Positions 42,730 to 51,810 of a stretch of DNA of 64,000 bases are shown here, piece after piece. Source of the stretch: an uncultured Melioribacter sp. (GTDB lineage Bacteria; Bacteroidota; Ignavibacteria; Kapaibacteriales; Kapaibacteriaceae); the NCBI GenBank assembly GCA_964465685.1, contig CAYXKK010000004.1, positions 24,697 through 88,696 on the forward strand. Reading direction: 5' to 3'. The first letter of the stretch is position 1; every line of letters begins with the position of its first letter. The translations under genes were made by a program, and so were the position numbers. The notes below the pieces were generated by a model. It was not told the origin of the DNA. It saw nothing but the letters and a program-made list of their open reading frames with translations, and made no database searches.

Positions 42730-43005
42730 TCAGAGGATCCGGAAGGTGGTATACCGTCGTGGATCGTTGAGGTCATTGCACGTTACCGAGGTAACGGTCG
42801 CATGCTGTGGTCCGAGTCGCAGCAACGTCTCGAACTCTGTCAAACTCTCAACGTCCCCCTGAGCAATGCACTCTACCGTTCCATCCTCGAGATTTGTTGC
42901 AAATCCTCGCAGATTCAGTTTGTGCGCATGATGTAATGCGAACCGACGGAACCCGACACCCTGCACGGTGCCATCAATGAGAAACTGAACTGTTGGCATG
43001 ATCAC
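42730..43005 (-). CDS. acyP: Acylphosphatase
   Basis: VQGVGFRRF and GFATNLEDGTVE signatures in a ~90-aa protein. Confidence 0.85.
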   Translation of the reverse strand: MIMPTVQFLIDGTVQGVGFRRFALHHAHKLNLRGFATNLEDGTVECIAQGDVESLTEFETLLRLGPQHATVTSVTCNDLNDPRRYTTFRIL

Positions 43006-43766
43006 AACTCCTTATGAACAAGGGTCGTGGTCGCTTGTGCAGTTGGTGTTATTAGAATGTCTTGAATTGATACGCGTTGAGGGCGGCTGGCAGCAAACAG
43101 CGCGCATTCGGCAATGTCGTGTCCGGTAAGGGGATCGTAGCCCTTGTATACGGTTGCCGCACGCTGCGTGTCGCCGTGGAAGCGGACGTCGCTGAATTCG
43201 GTTTCAACCAGTCCTGGATCGATGTTGCAGACGCGGACGCCGGTGCCGTTGACGTCGATCTGGAGTGAATCGGAGAGCATCTTCACAGCAGCCTTTGTGG
43301 CCGAGTAGACATTGCCGCCGCGATACGCTTGGCGTCCGGCAATAGATGCGATGTTGATCACCGTGCCACGTCCACGCGCAACCATGTTCGGCAGGAACTG
43401 GCGTGTGACGTAGAGTAGACCCTTGATGTTGGTGTCGATCATCTCGTCCCAGTCGCTATGAAGTCCTTCATGCAGTGGGTCGAGCCCGCGGGAGAGTCCA
43501 GCGTTGTTGATCAGCACGTCGGGTGCCTGTTCTTCGGTACGGAGTGCAGCCACGGCTGCGGCCACGGCATCCTTGTCGCGCACGTCGACAACCTGTGTGG
43601 TTACCGTAATGCCATGACGCGCGCGCATGTCCTGGGCAACCTCCGTAAGGCGGTCGGCACGGCGTGCCCAGAGGACAAGATGCGCGCCAGCTTGGGCAAA
43701 TACGTCGGCACATGCCAGACCAATTCCAGAGGATGCGCCGGTTATTACTGCGATTGAGTTCTTCAT
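43002..43766 (-). CDS. SDR family NADP-dependent oxidoreductase (YdfG-like)
   Basis: TGASSGIG, NNAG, YSATKAA motifs. A 4-nt overlap with acyP. Confidence 0.85.
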   Translation of the reverse strand: MKNSIAVITGASSGIGLACADVFAQAGAHLVLWARRADRLTEVAQDMRARHGITVTTQVVDVRDKDAVAAAVAALRTEEQAPDVLINNAGLSRGLDPLHEGLHSDWDEMIDTNIKGLLYVTRQFLPNMVARGRGTVINIASIAGRQAYRGGNVYSATKAAVKMLSDSLQIDVNGTGVRVCNIDPGLVETEFSDVRFHGDTQRAATVYKGYDPLTGHDIAECALFAASRPQRVSIQDILITPTAQATTTLVHKEL

Positions 43767-43783
43767 TGCGGTAAATTTACCAA

Positions 43784-45121
43784 ATGCATACCATGCCTCC
43801 TCTCTCGACAGAACCCCTGAAGTTCTCGCTACCTGCGATTCATCACGATCAACTCAGCAACGGCACGCCAGTGCACTGCATCTTCGATCCTTCCGAGGAT
43901 CTTGTGACGGTGACTGTTGCGCTTTCAACTGGCTCGATCCACGACGTGACCCCGGGCGAGACGTCGATGACTGCGCAGATGCTCAACCGTGGCACCACGC
44001 GCCTTGATGCCGCACAGTTCGCTGAGGAAGTAGAACGCCGCGGATGCAATCTCCGAACCGTGGGCGATACCGATGCGTGCAGTTTGCAAGCGTCGGGTCT
44101 GAGCGAATGGTTCAATGATCTTGTCGATCTCACCGCTGAAGCCCTCACACAGCCGCGCTTTGATGCTGGTGAGCTAGATACGCTGCGTAGTCGCATGATT
44201 GCCGACATGATGATCGACCTCGTCGACGTCGAGTGGCTGGCTGCCCGAGCATGTGCCATGCGTGCGTACGACGGACACCCATATGCGCGACCACGTCATG
44301 GCACACCAGCGACGCTTCGCACGCTCACACGCGATCACCTCGTGGCCGTCCACGAACGCATGATGCACGCACCACGTCACATCATCGTGGCCGGACCGAT
44401 TCCGCCGGATGTAGCATTGGCAAAACTCGATAGCGTCCTTGGAGCACTTGCACACCACACAGACTATCATCGCATTGCACGTTCAACCATGCGTCCGCGA
44501 AGTGGTGTGATTGCAATTAAGCCCGATGCTGTGCAGACGGCATTCCGTATCGCGTTGCCTTCGACTACGTTCGCATCCGAAGACTATGCCGCGGTGCAGC
44601 TCTGCACAGGCGTCCTTGGCGGCTACACGCTGGCGCGCCTGTTCACGATCCTTCGCGAGGAAAAGGGCTACACCTATGGCGCCTATGCCTTTGGCGATGT
44701 GCGTCCGCATGGAAGCACGATCGGCGTCGTAACAAGTGTCGGCAACGAATTCACGCACGACACGATGCATGTGATTGCAGCAGAGATCGAGCGTATGGGT
44801 GCACAGCGCATTGATGACGACGAATTCTCGAATGCGCAGCAGCATTTGCTCGGATCCTTTGCGCGCTCCAATGAAACGCCGCAACAAACAGCTGGCTTGG
44901 TGTGGAGCATGATTCATCACCAAGTTCCAATGTCCTTTTACAACACCTATGTAGAACGTCTGCAAGGTCTTACACCAGACGATGTGCGCGAAGCACAGCG
45001 CACCTACTTCACACGTGATGCGTGGGTCGTTGGACTTGCCGGACGTGAGGATGTGATTCGACCAGCGATCGACGGCATGGTCGACACCGTTGAGGTGTGG
45101 ACGCCAGAAGGCTACGCATGA
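43784..45121 (+). CDS. M16 (pitrilysin/insulinase) family peptidase-like protein, probably a non-catalytic subunit type (no HxxEH seen)
   Basis: Two-domain M16 fold length with conserved R/Y-x7-... elements (ARLFTILREEKGYTYGAYA). The N-terminus lacks an obvious HxxEH. Confidence 0.7.
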   Translation: MHTMPPLSTEPLKFSLPAIHHDQLSNGTPVHCIFDPSEDLVTVTVALSTGSIHDVTPGETSMTAQMLNRGTTRLDAAQFAEEVERRGCNLRTVGDTDACSLQASGLSEWFNDLVDLTAEALTQPRFDAGELDTLRSRMIADMMIDLVDVEWLAARACAMRAYDGHPYARPRHGTPATLRTLTRDHLVAVHERMMHAPRHIIVAGPIPPDVALAKLDSVLGALAHHTDYHRIARSTMRPRSGVIAIKPDAVQTAFRIALPSTTFASEDYAAVQLCTGVLGGYTLARLFTILREEKGYTYGAYAFGDVRPHGSTIGVVTSVGNEFTHDTMHVIAAEIERMGAQRIDDDEFSNAQQHLLGSFARSNETPQQTAGLVWSMIHHQVPMSFYNTYVERLQGLTPDDVREAQRTYFTRDAWVVGLAGREDVIRPAIDGMVDTVEVWTPEGYA

Positions 45122-46467
45122 GCATACAGATCGGCATCGCGCTTGTAATCCTCGTCGGAGCTATTGAGCTCATCCGTCGAGGCATCGATGTGCGATTCGT
45201 GCTGATCGTTGCAGGCGTGCTCATTGCATCACTTGCCGGAACGCCCGGTGTTGTACTTGATGCATTCCAAAAATCTCTCGGCAAGGCCGATGTCATTGGT
45301 CCGATCTGTACGGCAATGGGGTTCGCCTATGTACTCAAGGCCACGGGCTGTGATGCCGACATGGTGCGGCTGTTGGCACGTCCACTGCATGCGATGCGAC
45401 GCTATCGCTGGGTACTGGTGCCCGGAGGATGCATCATTGGGTATGTCGCCAACATGGCGATTACGAGTCAGACCGCTGCAGCTGCCGCCGTCGGACCCAT
45501 CTTGATACCGTTGTTGCTTGCAGCGGGCTTCTCGCCCCTTGCCGCAGCGGGCACCGTAGTGGTTGGTACAAGCGCAGGTGGTGATCTCTTCAATCCCGGT
45601 GAGTCAGAAATCATCAACCTCATGGCCGGACTCAACCAGGGGGCTGGCAGTGCACTCACGCCGGGTGATGTTGTTGCTGCAATTGCTACGCCCAACGTGA
45701 TGTCGCTACTCATTGCAACCGCAGTGATTACCGTGATGGTGATGACGCGTGCGTCATTGCGCGCACCAGTGAAGGATGGCGACGTGCCTGCGCTCGAGCC
45801 ACTAACGCGTGGGAGCATCTTGCGTGGTTTGCTACCACCGATTCCTGTGGTCACATTGCTTGCCGTGCAGCCGCAGCTTGGATTGCTTCCGTCGTGGATT
45901 ACCTCGCACCATATTCACGTTTCGTCGGTGATGCTTGCGTGCTCATTGCTTGTGGTGGTCATAACGATTGCGTCGCGCGATACAGTAGGAAGTCATATCA
46001 GTTCGCTCACGCGAACATTCTTCGACGGCATGGGGTATGCATTTGCGACAGTGATTTCGCTGATCGTTGCGGCAGACTGTGTGATCGAGGGATTGACAGC
46101 GATCGGACTTGTTGATGCGCTCGCGACGGTACTCGTATCGAATCCGCTCATTGCAACCATTGGGAGTCCGATCGGCACCGCGTCGCTCGCAGTTGTGAGC
46201 GGTTCTGGTACTGCCCCCACATTGATGTTCGCCAAGGGTGTCCTGCCAAGTCTAGCGGCATCGATGCCGATCGACTACGCATTGCGCATGGCCGCGGTTG
46301 TTGGTATTGCTTCAGGTGTTGGCCGCAGTATGTCGCCCGTTGCAGCCGTAACCGTCTTCACGGCTGCTCTCTCAAATGTCGACCCAGTACGCCTTGCGCT
46401 GGTCACCATGTGGCCTATGCTTGCGTCGCTGCTCGCACTCGTTGCCTACGGCCTTTTTGCTGGCTGA
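45118..46467 (+). CDS. Polytopic membrane transporter, DcuC/YfcC-like anaerobic C4-dicarboxylate carrier family
   Basis: About 12 predicted TM helices with Gly-rich re-entrant-like segments. Start chosen at MSIQIG, which overlaps the M16 stop as ATGA. Confidence 0.6.
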   Translation: MSIQIGIALVILVGAIELIRRGIDVRFVLIVAGVLIASLAGTPGVVLDAFQKSLGKADVIGPICTAMGFAYVLKATGCDADMVRLLARPLHAMRRYRWVLVPGGCIIGYVANMAITSQTAAAAAVGPILIPLLLAAGFSPLAAAGTVVVGTSAGGDLFNPGESEIINLMAGLNQGAGSALTPGDVVAAIATPNVMSLLIATAVITVMVMTRASLRAPVKDGDVPALEPLTRGSILRGLLPPIPVVTLLAVQPQLGLLPSWITSHHIHVSSVMLACSLLVVVITIASRDTVGSHISSLTRTFFDGMGYAFATVISLIVAADCVIEGLTAIGLVDALATVLVSNPLIATIGSPIGTASLAVVSGSGTAPTLMFAKGVLPSLAASMPIDYALRMAAVVGIASGVGRSMSPVAAVTVFTAALSNVDPVRLALVTMWPMLASLLALVAYGLFAG

Positions 46468-47872
46468 TCGTGGGAGCCGCAACTGCAGCCGTGGCGTATG
46501 CCACAAGTATTGGCCACGGAACTAGCTCTTCAATGCGCTCGGCGTGATCGAGCTCCGACGTGCGCGCCCGCTGCACCGATCGCTTCGCATGTGCAGAGCG
46601 TATGACATCGATGAATTCCTTCACGCCCTTCGGGCGTGCCGACGGCGGCATGCGCTGAAGCTGCGATGCCAAGTTCTGTGTAGCCTCAACAACATCTGGG
46701 TTGTGTTGCTGCAGCATTCGTAGGATGTCAATCACACGATGATGGAAGAAACGCGACGGCGTGATGCGATCCATGCGTCGGCGCCGCTCATACGTTGACC
46801 AAAGTGGCTCGGAGTTCGTAAGCACGGCGAGATAGCCGGCAGTAAGAAGCAATCGACGCCGTATCGATGGAAATGTTCTGCGGTAGTTTGGGTTGCTAAA
46901 TCCTTTCATCAGGAGTGTTGCTGCTTGAGCGTGCGCATGATCTCGGATAAACATCCCGCAGAGTCTGTCAATCAGGTTAAACCACTCAGATGATCCGCGT
47001 GTTTCCGATTCCAGGAGGTCTTGCGCTGTCCTGATAGCCGCTGTGTACTTGGAGGTGCGAAGCTCCACGGTAAAGCGAAGGAGAAAATTCTCTCGCATTG
47101 TTGACATGTTCCACTGATGTAGTCGCTTGTACGCACGCTCCTGTGCGCGAACCCAGCGCAATCCATGATCGTACTTGCCGGTGAATTGACAATAAAGTGA
47201 TGCAAGGAGGCCGATTTCGATCACTGCGGAGTCTGGATACGAAGATGCGCGTTGAGCGAGTATCTCAGCGGCAGTGTTTATTGCTGATGCATAGACATCT
47301 TGCTGTGTGCGGATTGGTCTATGTATCGCGAGAGCTCGAAGTGTGCATGTGATTACGTTGATGTTTCGAATCAACTCCGCTTCGCTGAGCAAGCTGTGGA
47401 TGAGACTCGCGAAGTACTGCGTTTCCCGTACATCCCCTGCGAGTGATGCCATCTCCATTCCTTTGTATGCCGCATGAGCCCGCAGTGAAATCTGTGATGG
47501 ATAGGTTGCATTGCGAATGATGTAGCGAATGTGACGCTTTGAGATCTCGCGACCATCGGTCCGCAACAGCATTTCAGCAGCAAACAATCTTCTGCAAATC
47601 TCGGCTGCATGACGAAGCCGTGGTGCAGCGGATCTCGATGTGCTCTGAGACATCAGCATCTCGCGCTCAAGATTGTCGCTGCATCGTGCGGCAGCCTTTC
47701 GCGCAGCAGCAGCAGTCATGCCAGTAAACAGTGTCGAAGCATCGAGTGATGCAAGCTCGTTCGACTTCACGCTCGCGCCCGCGTACTTGCGCAGCCATGA
47801 CCGCATCGACGAAGTGCCACACACCTCTGCACCTGTGCTAACGAGCTGCTGTAGATGCTGAAACTCTCTCAT
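46415..47872 (-). CDS. Orphan Arg-rich alpha-helical protein (~485 aa) in a lower-GC segment
   Basis: A long ORF with ~52% GC against a ~60% background. Repetitive helical character. No recognisable catalytic or DNA-binding motif. Its 3-prime end overlaps the convergent transporter gene by ~50 nt. Confidence 0.45.
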   Translation of the reverse strand: MREFQHLQQLVSTGAEVCGTSSMRSWLRKYAGASVKSNELASLDASTLFTGMTAAAARKAAARCSDNLEREMLMSQSTSRSAAPRLRHAAEICRRLFAAEMLLRTDGREISKRHIRYIIRNATYPSQISLRAHAAYKGMEMASLAGDVRETQYFASLIHSLLSEAELIRNINVITCTLRALAIHRPIRTQQDVYASAINTAAEILAQRASSYPDSAVIEIGLLASLYCQFTGKYDHGLRWVRAQERAYKRLHQWNMSTMRENFLLRFTVELRTSKYTAAIRTAQDLLESETRGSSEWFNLIDRLCGMFIRDHAHAQAATLLMKGFSNPNYRRTFPSIRRRLLLTAGYLAVLTNSEPLWSTYERRRRMDRITPSRFFHHRVIDILRMLQQHNPDVVEATQNLASQLQRMPPSARPKGVKEFIDVIRSAHAKRSVQRARTSELDHAERIEELVPWPILVAYATAAVAAPTISQQKGRRQRVRAATQA

Positions 47873-48272
47873 TGTGATCTCTGCTGGTAAAAAACGATGT
47901 CGAAAAACTAACCTAATCAAATTGTTGAACGACGGCAACTCCGAGACCTTGCATCACGCCGACGCACATGCGTCGGGATTGCAAACAATCTCATCAGGGG
48001 GGTGAAGATGGAGTTCGCCCTCAGTAATGCGGTCATTTAATTGGCAATGACTTTTGGTCTACCCAACGGCGCACCATATACACGTTCATGAATGCTATCA
48101 CTATACGCGTTAGGGATAGATGCTTGCATCACGGGTATGACGCCCTTCAGCAGATGTAAGCACACGGTGTATATCCGTTGTGGTGGCCCGCGATCCCATT
48201 ATGGTGGTCGCGGGCGACTCTAGCGAGAATCTCCGTGCGTCTGGTGTGTCTTGGGCTCGTATTTTCGCGGTC

Positions 48273-49433
48273 ATGCATTTGATCTACGCTGACTACGCCG
48301 CAACGACCCCAGTCGACCCACGAGTGGTCGAGGCGATTACACCGACATTGACCGAGGTGTACTACAACGCATCAAGCGCTCACCTTGGTGGGATGATGGC
48401 GAATGCGCTCGTAGCTAAAGCTCGTAAGCGATGTGCAGCGCCGATTGGTGCGCAACCCGACGAGATCGTGTTTACGTCGGGTGCAACGGAGTCGATCAAC
48501 CTCGCAATTCAAGGTCTGGCTACAATCAAGCAGCTGCAGCGTCCGGATGCACGCCGCCGCATTATCTCTGTGCGCTCTGAGCACTCAGCTGTGCGCGACG
48601 CGGTAACGCGTTGTACGGATCTGGGGTACGATGTGCAGTGGGTGTCGGTAGATCATCAGGGACGCGTAGATCTCGAGCACCTGGCGCGACTCTGCACACC
48701 TGATACGTTGTTGGTGTCGGTGATGATGGTCAACAACGAAACTGGCGTGGTGCAAGACATCGCAGCGATCAGTGCGATCGCACATGCAGCGGGAGCGGTT
48801 ATGATGTCGGATGCAACGCAGGCCTATGGTAAGATGCCGGTAAATGTCGACGAACTCGGAATCGACTTAATGCCATGGAGTGGACACAAGATCTACGGTC
48901 CGAAGGGCATTGGTGCGCTCTATGTGCGTGGGCATGGCGATCATGCTGTAACGCTCGAGCCAATGGTGGTAGGGGGCGGACAGGAGCGCGGTGTGCGCAG
49001 TGGAACGATGAATGTGACAGGTATCGTCGGACTCGGCGCTGCGTCGGAGATTTCATGTGCCGACCTGGAGTCCGATGCTCCGCGCATTCGCGCATTGCGT
49101 GAGCGCTTCGAAGTTGCGTTGCGCACGCTCGATGGTGTGGAGATCTGTGGCGATGGCGCTCCGCGCGGTTACAACATCACGAACGTTGTCTTCCACACAG
49201 TGCGTGTTGGCGATGTGCTTGCTGGCTTGCCGGACGTATGCTGCAGTCGCGGTAGCGCATGCCACGGCGCATCAACATCGCCTTCGGCTGCACTCCTTGC
49301 AATGGGCTTCAGCGAGGTGGCCGCAGGCAACGCCGCTCGCTTTTCCTTCGGTCGATTTACAACAGAAGCAGACGTTGATCGCCTGATAGCTGGAATCACG
49401 CAGACCTATGCAGGTCTGCAATCACACACCTAA
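48273..49433 (+). CDS. Cysteine desulfurase (class V aminotransferase; IscS/NifS family)
   Basis: MHLIYADYAATTPVDP N-terminus, PLP-lysine region SGHKIYGPKGIGALYV, and an active-site Cys loop SRGSACHG. Confidence 0.88.
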   Translation: MHLIYADYAATTPVDPRVVEAITPTLTEVYYNASSAHLGGMMANALVAKARKRCAAPIGAQPDEIVFTSGATESINLAIQGLATIKQLQRPDARRRIISVRSEHSAVRDAVTRCTDLGYDVQWVSVDHQGRVDLEHLARLCTPDTLLVSVMMVNNETGVVQDIAAISAIAHAAGAVMMSDATQAYGKMPVNVDELGIDLMPWSGHKIYGPKGIGALYVRGHGDHAVTLEPMVVGGGQERGVRSGTMNVTGIVGLGAASEISCADLESDAPRIRALRERFEVALRTLDGVEICGDGAPRGYNITNVVFHTVRVGDVLAGLPDVCCSRGSACHGASTSPSAALLAMGFSEVAAGNAARFSFGRFTTEADVDRLIAGITQTYAGLQSHT

Positions 49434-49448
49434 GAACCTACCGTTGTC

Positions 49449-50420
<972 letters not shown>

Positions 50421-50424
50421 GAAG

Positions 50425-51810
50425 TTATCGCGCGACGAGAAAAACGGAGTTCGCCACCTGCGCATCTCCGGAACAGCGCGCGACGTAGGTGCCGGGCGGC
50501 AGCGAAGAAACATCGATAGGCACCGAATCCAGGGTTGTGCCTACCGTGATGACGGAGCGACCAAGAATATCTACGATCTCAATGGTCACCGCTATGGCAG
50601 AGAGTCCGTGGCGGATGGTCACGTTACTCGCAGCTGGCTGGGGATGGATTTCGAGATCGTGTGGTAGTTGGCAGTCTGCTACAGAAGTGATTGAGCACGG
50701 ATCGCTCATCCGTATCGGTGAGAGCACGGCATCGCGTTTGGAAATCCCAAGCATCAAATTGTCCAGATTTTGGCCCCACGTCCACCACTGCCCCGTAGAG
50801 TCGACGGCAAAACACGACATTCGTGAGGAGAAAATTTCACGTATCGGCGGCAGACTCGCTACTCGCTGCGGCGTGAACGATGCGAGGAACGATGGTAACC
50901 CAAGCTGACCATATGAGTTGCTGCCCCAGGTCCACACTGAACCATCGGCCCGCAGTGCAATGCTATGATACCTTCCGCCTTTGGCATCAACCACATCTGT
51001 AAGATCCAATCGATATGGTGTTGAACGGTTCGCTCGAGTTCCGTCACCGACCTGACCGCCTTCATTCGTTCCCCAGGTGTACAACGTCCCTGATGAATCG
51101 ATGGCGTAGCAGGGTCCAAGGTCGCCGTGTGATTCACTCGAACGCACCATGCGTATGCGCGATAATCCCTCGATTTGTCCGATTGGAACACGAAGCGAAT
51201 CAGGATTCCTCGCCGATGCACCACCACTGTTGTTACCCCATGACCAGACCGTCCCATCCACCAGCAGTGCGAGAGCACTGCCACCACTGCCGGAAATGGA
51301 GTGAACCTTCTTGGGGAGAAGTAGCTTCTTGGGACGGTACACTGGCGTCGTCTGGTCGCTGCCAAAGAGTATCGATAGGAAGGAAGAATTGTAACAGGTC
51401 GCATACACTTCACCGTCGTAGGTCAGATACATTGCAAACTGCGACGGCTCTCCAGCAACCATCTTCACCGGTTTATCGAAAGGTATCCGACGGAATACGA
51501 AACTGTTGCGACTTATATCTTCGAGTGTATCGCCGACGAGTCGCTCGGCAAGCGGTGAACCATAGACGGCGCCGCTTTGTGTCAGAGCGAAAATTGCACT
51601 ACTGAAGTACAGCGAAGTGATGCGCTCGTTAGACGGAACACTGTCGATGTTGAGATACGATGGACCCCATGGATGAATCTTCGTGCTGTCGCATGATACC
51701 CATCCCTCGAAGCGGCCAATCGCTGGTCTGATCTGTGAATGGGCTACCTGGCAGAGCATCAACATGGCCGCCACGAACAGGCCAAACGAGTAGGTCGGGT
51801 TCGTTCTCAT
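50425..51810 (-). CDS. Secreted RCC1-repeat beta-propeller protein with a T9SS C-terminal sorting domain
   Basis: Signal peptide. RCC1 signatures (WGSNSYGQLG, WGTNEGGQVGDG, WSWGNNSGG). C-terminal ...LPPGTYVARCSGDAQVANSVFLVAR Por-tail. Confidence 0.75.
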   Translation of the reverse strand: MRTNPTYSFGLFVAAMLMLCQVAHSQIRPAIGRFEGWVSCDSTKIHPWGPSYLNIDSVPSNERITSLYFSSAIFALTQSGAVYGSPLAERLVGDTLEDISRNSFVFRRIPFDKPVKMVAGEPSQFAMYLTYDGEVYATCYNSSFLSILFGSDQTTPVYRPKKLLLPKKVHSISGSGGSALALLVDGTVWSWGNNSGGASARNPDSLRVPIGQIEGLSRIRMVRSSESHGDLGPCYAIDSSGTLYTWGTNEGGQVGDGTRANRSTPYRLDLTDVVDAKGGRYHSIALRADGSVWTWGSNSYGQLGLPSFLASFTPQRVASLPPIREIFSSRMSCFAVDSTGQWWTWGQNLDNLMLGISKRDAVLSPIRMSDPCSITSVADCQLPHDLEIHPQPAASNVTIRHGLSAIAVTIEIVDILGRSVITVGTTLDSVPIDVSSLPPGTYVARCSGDAQVANSVFLVAR

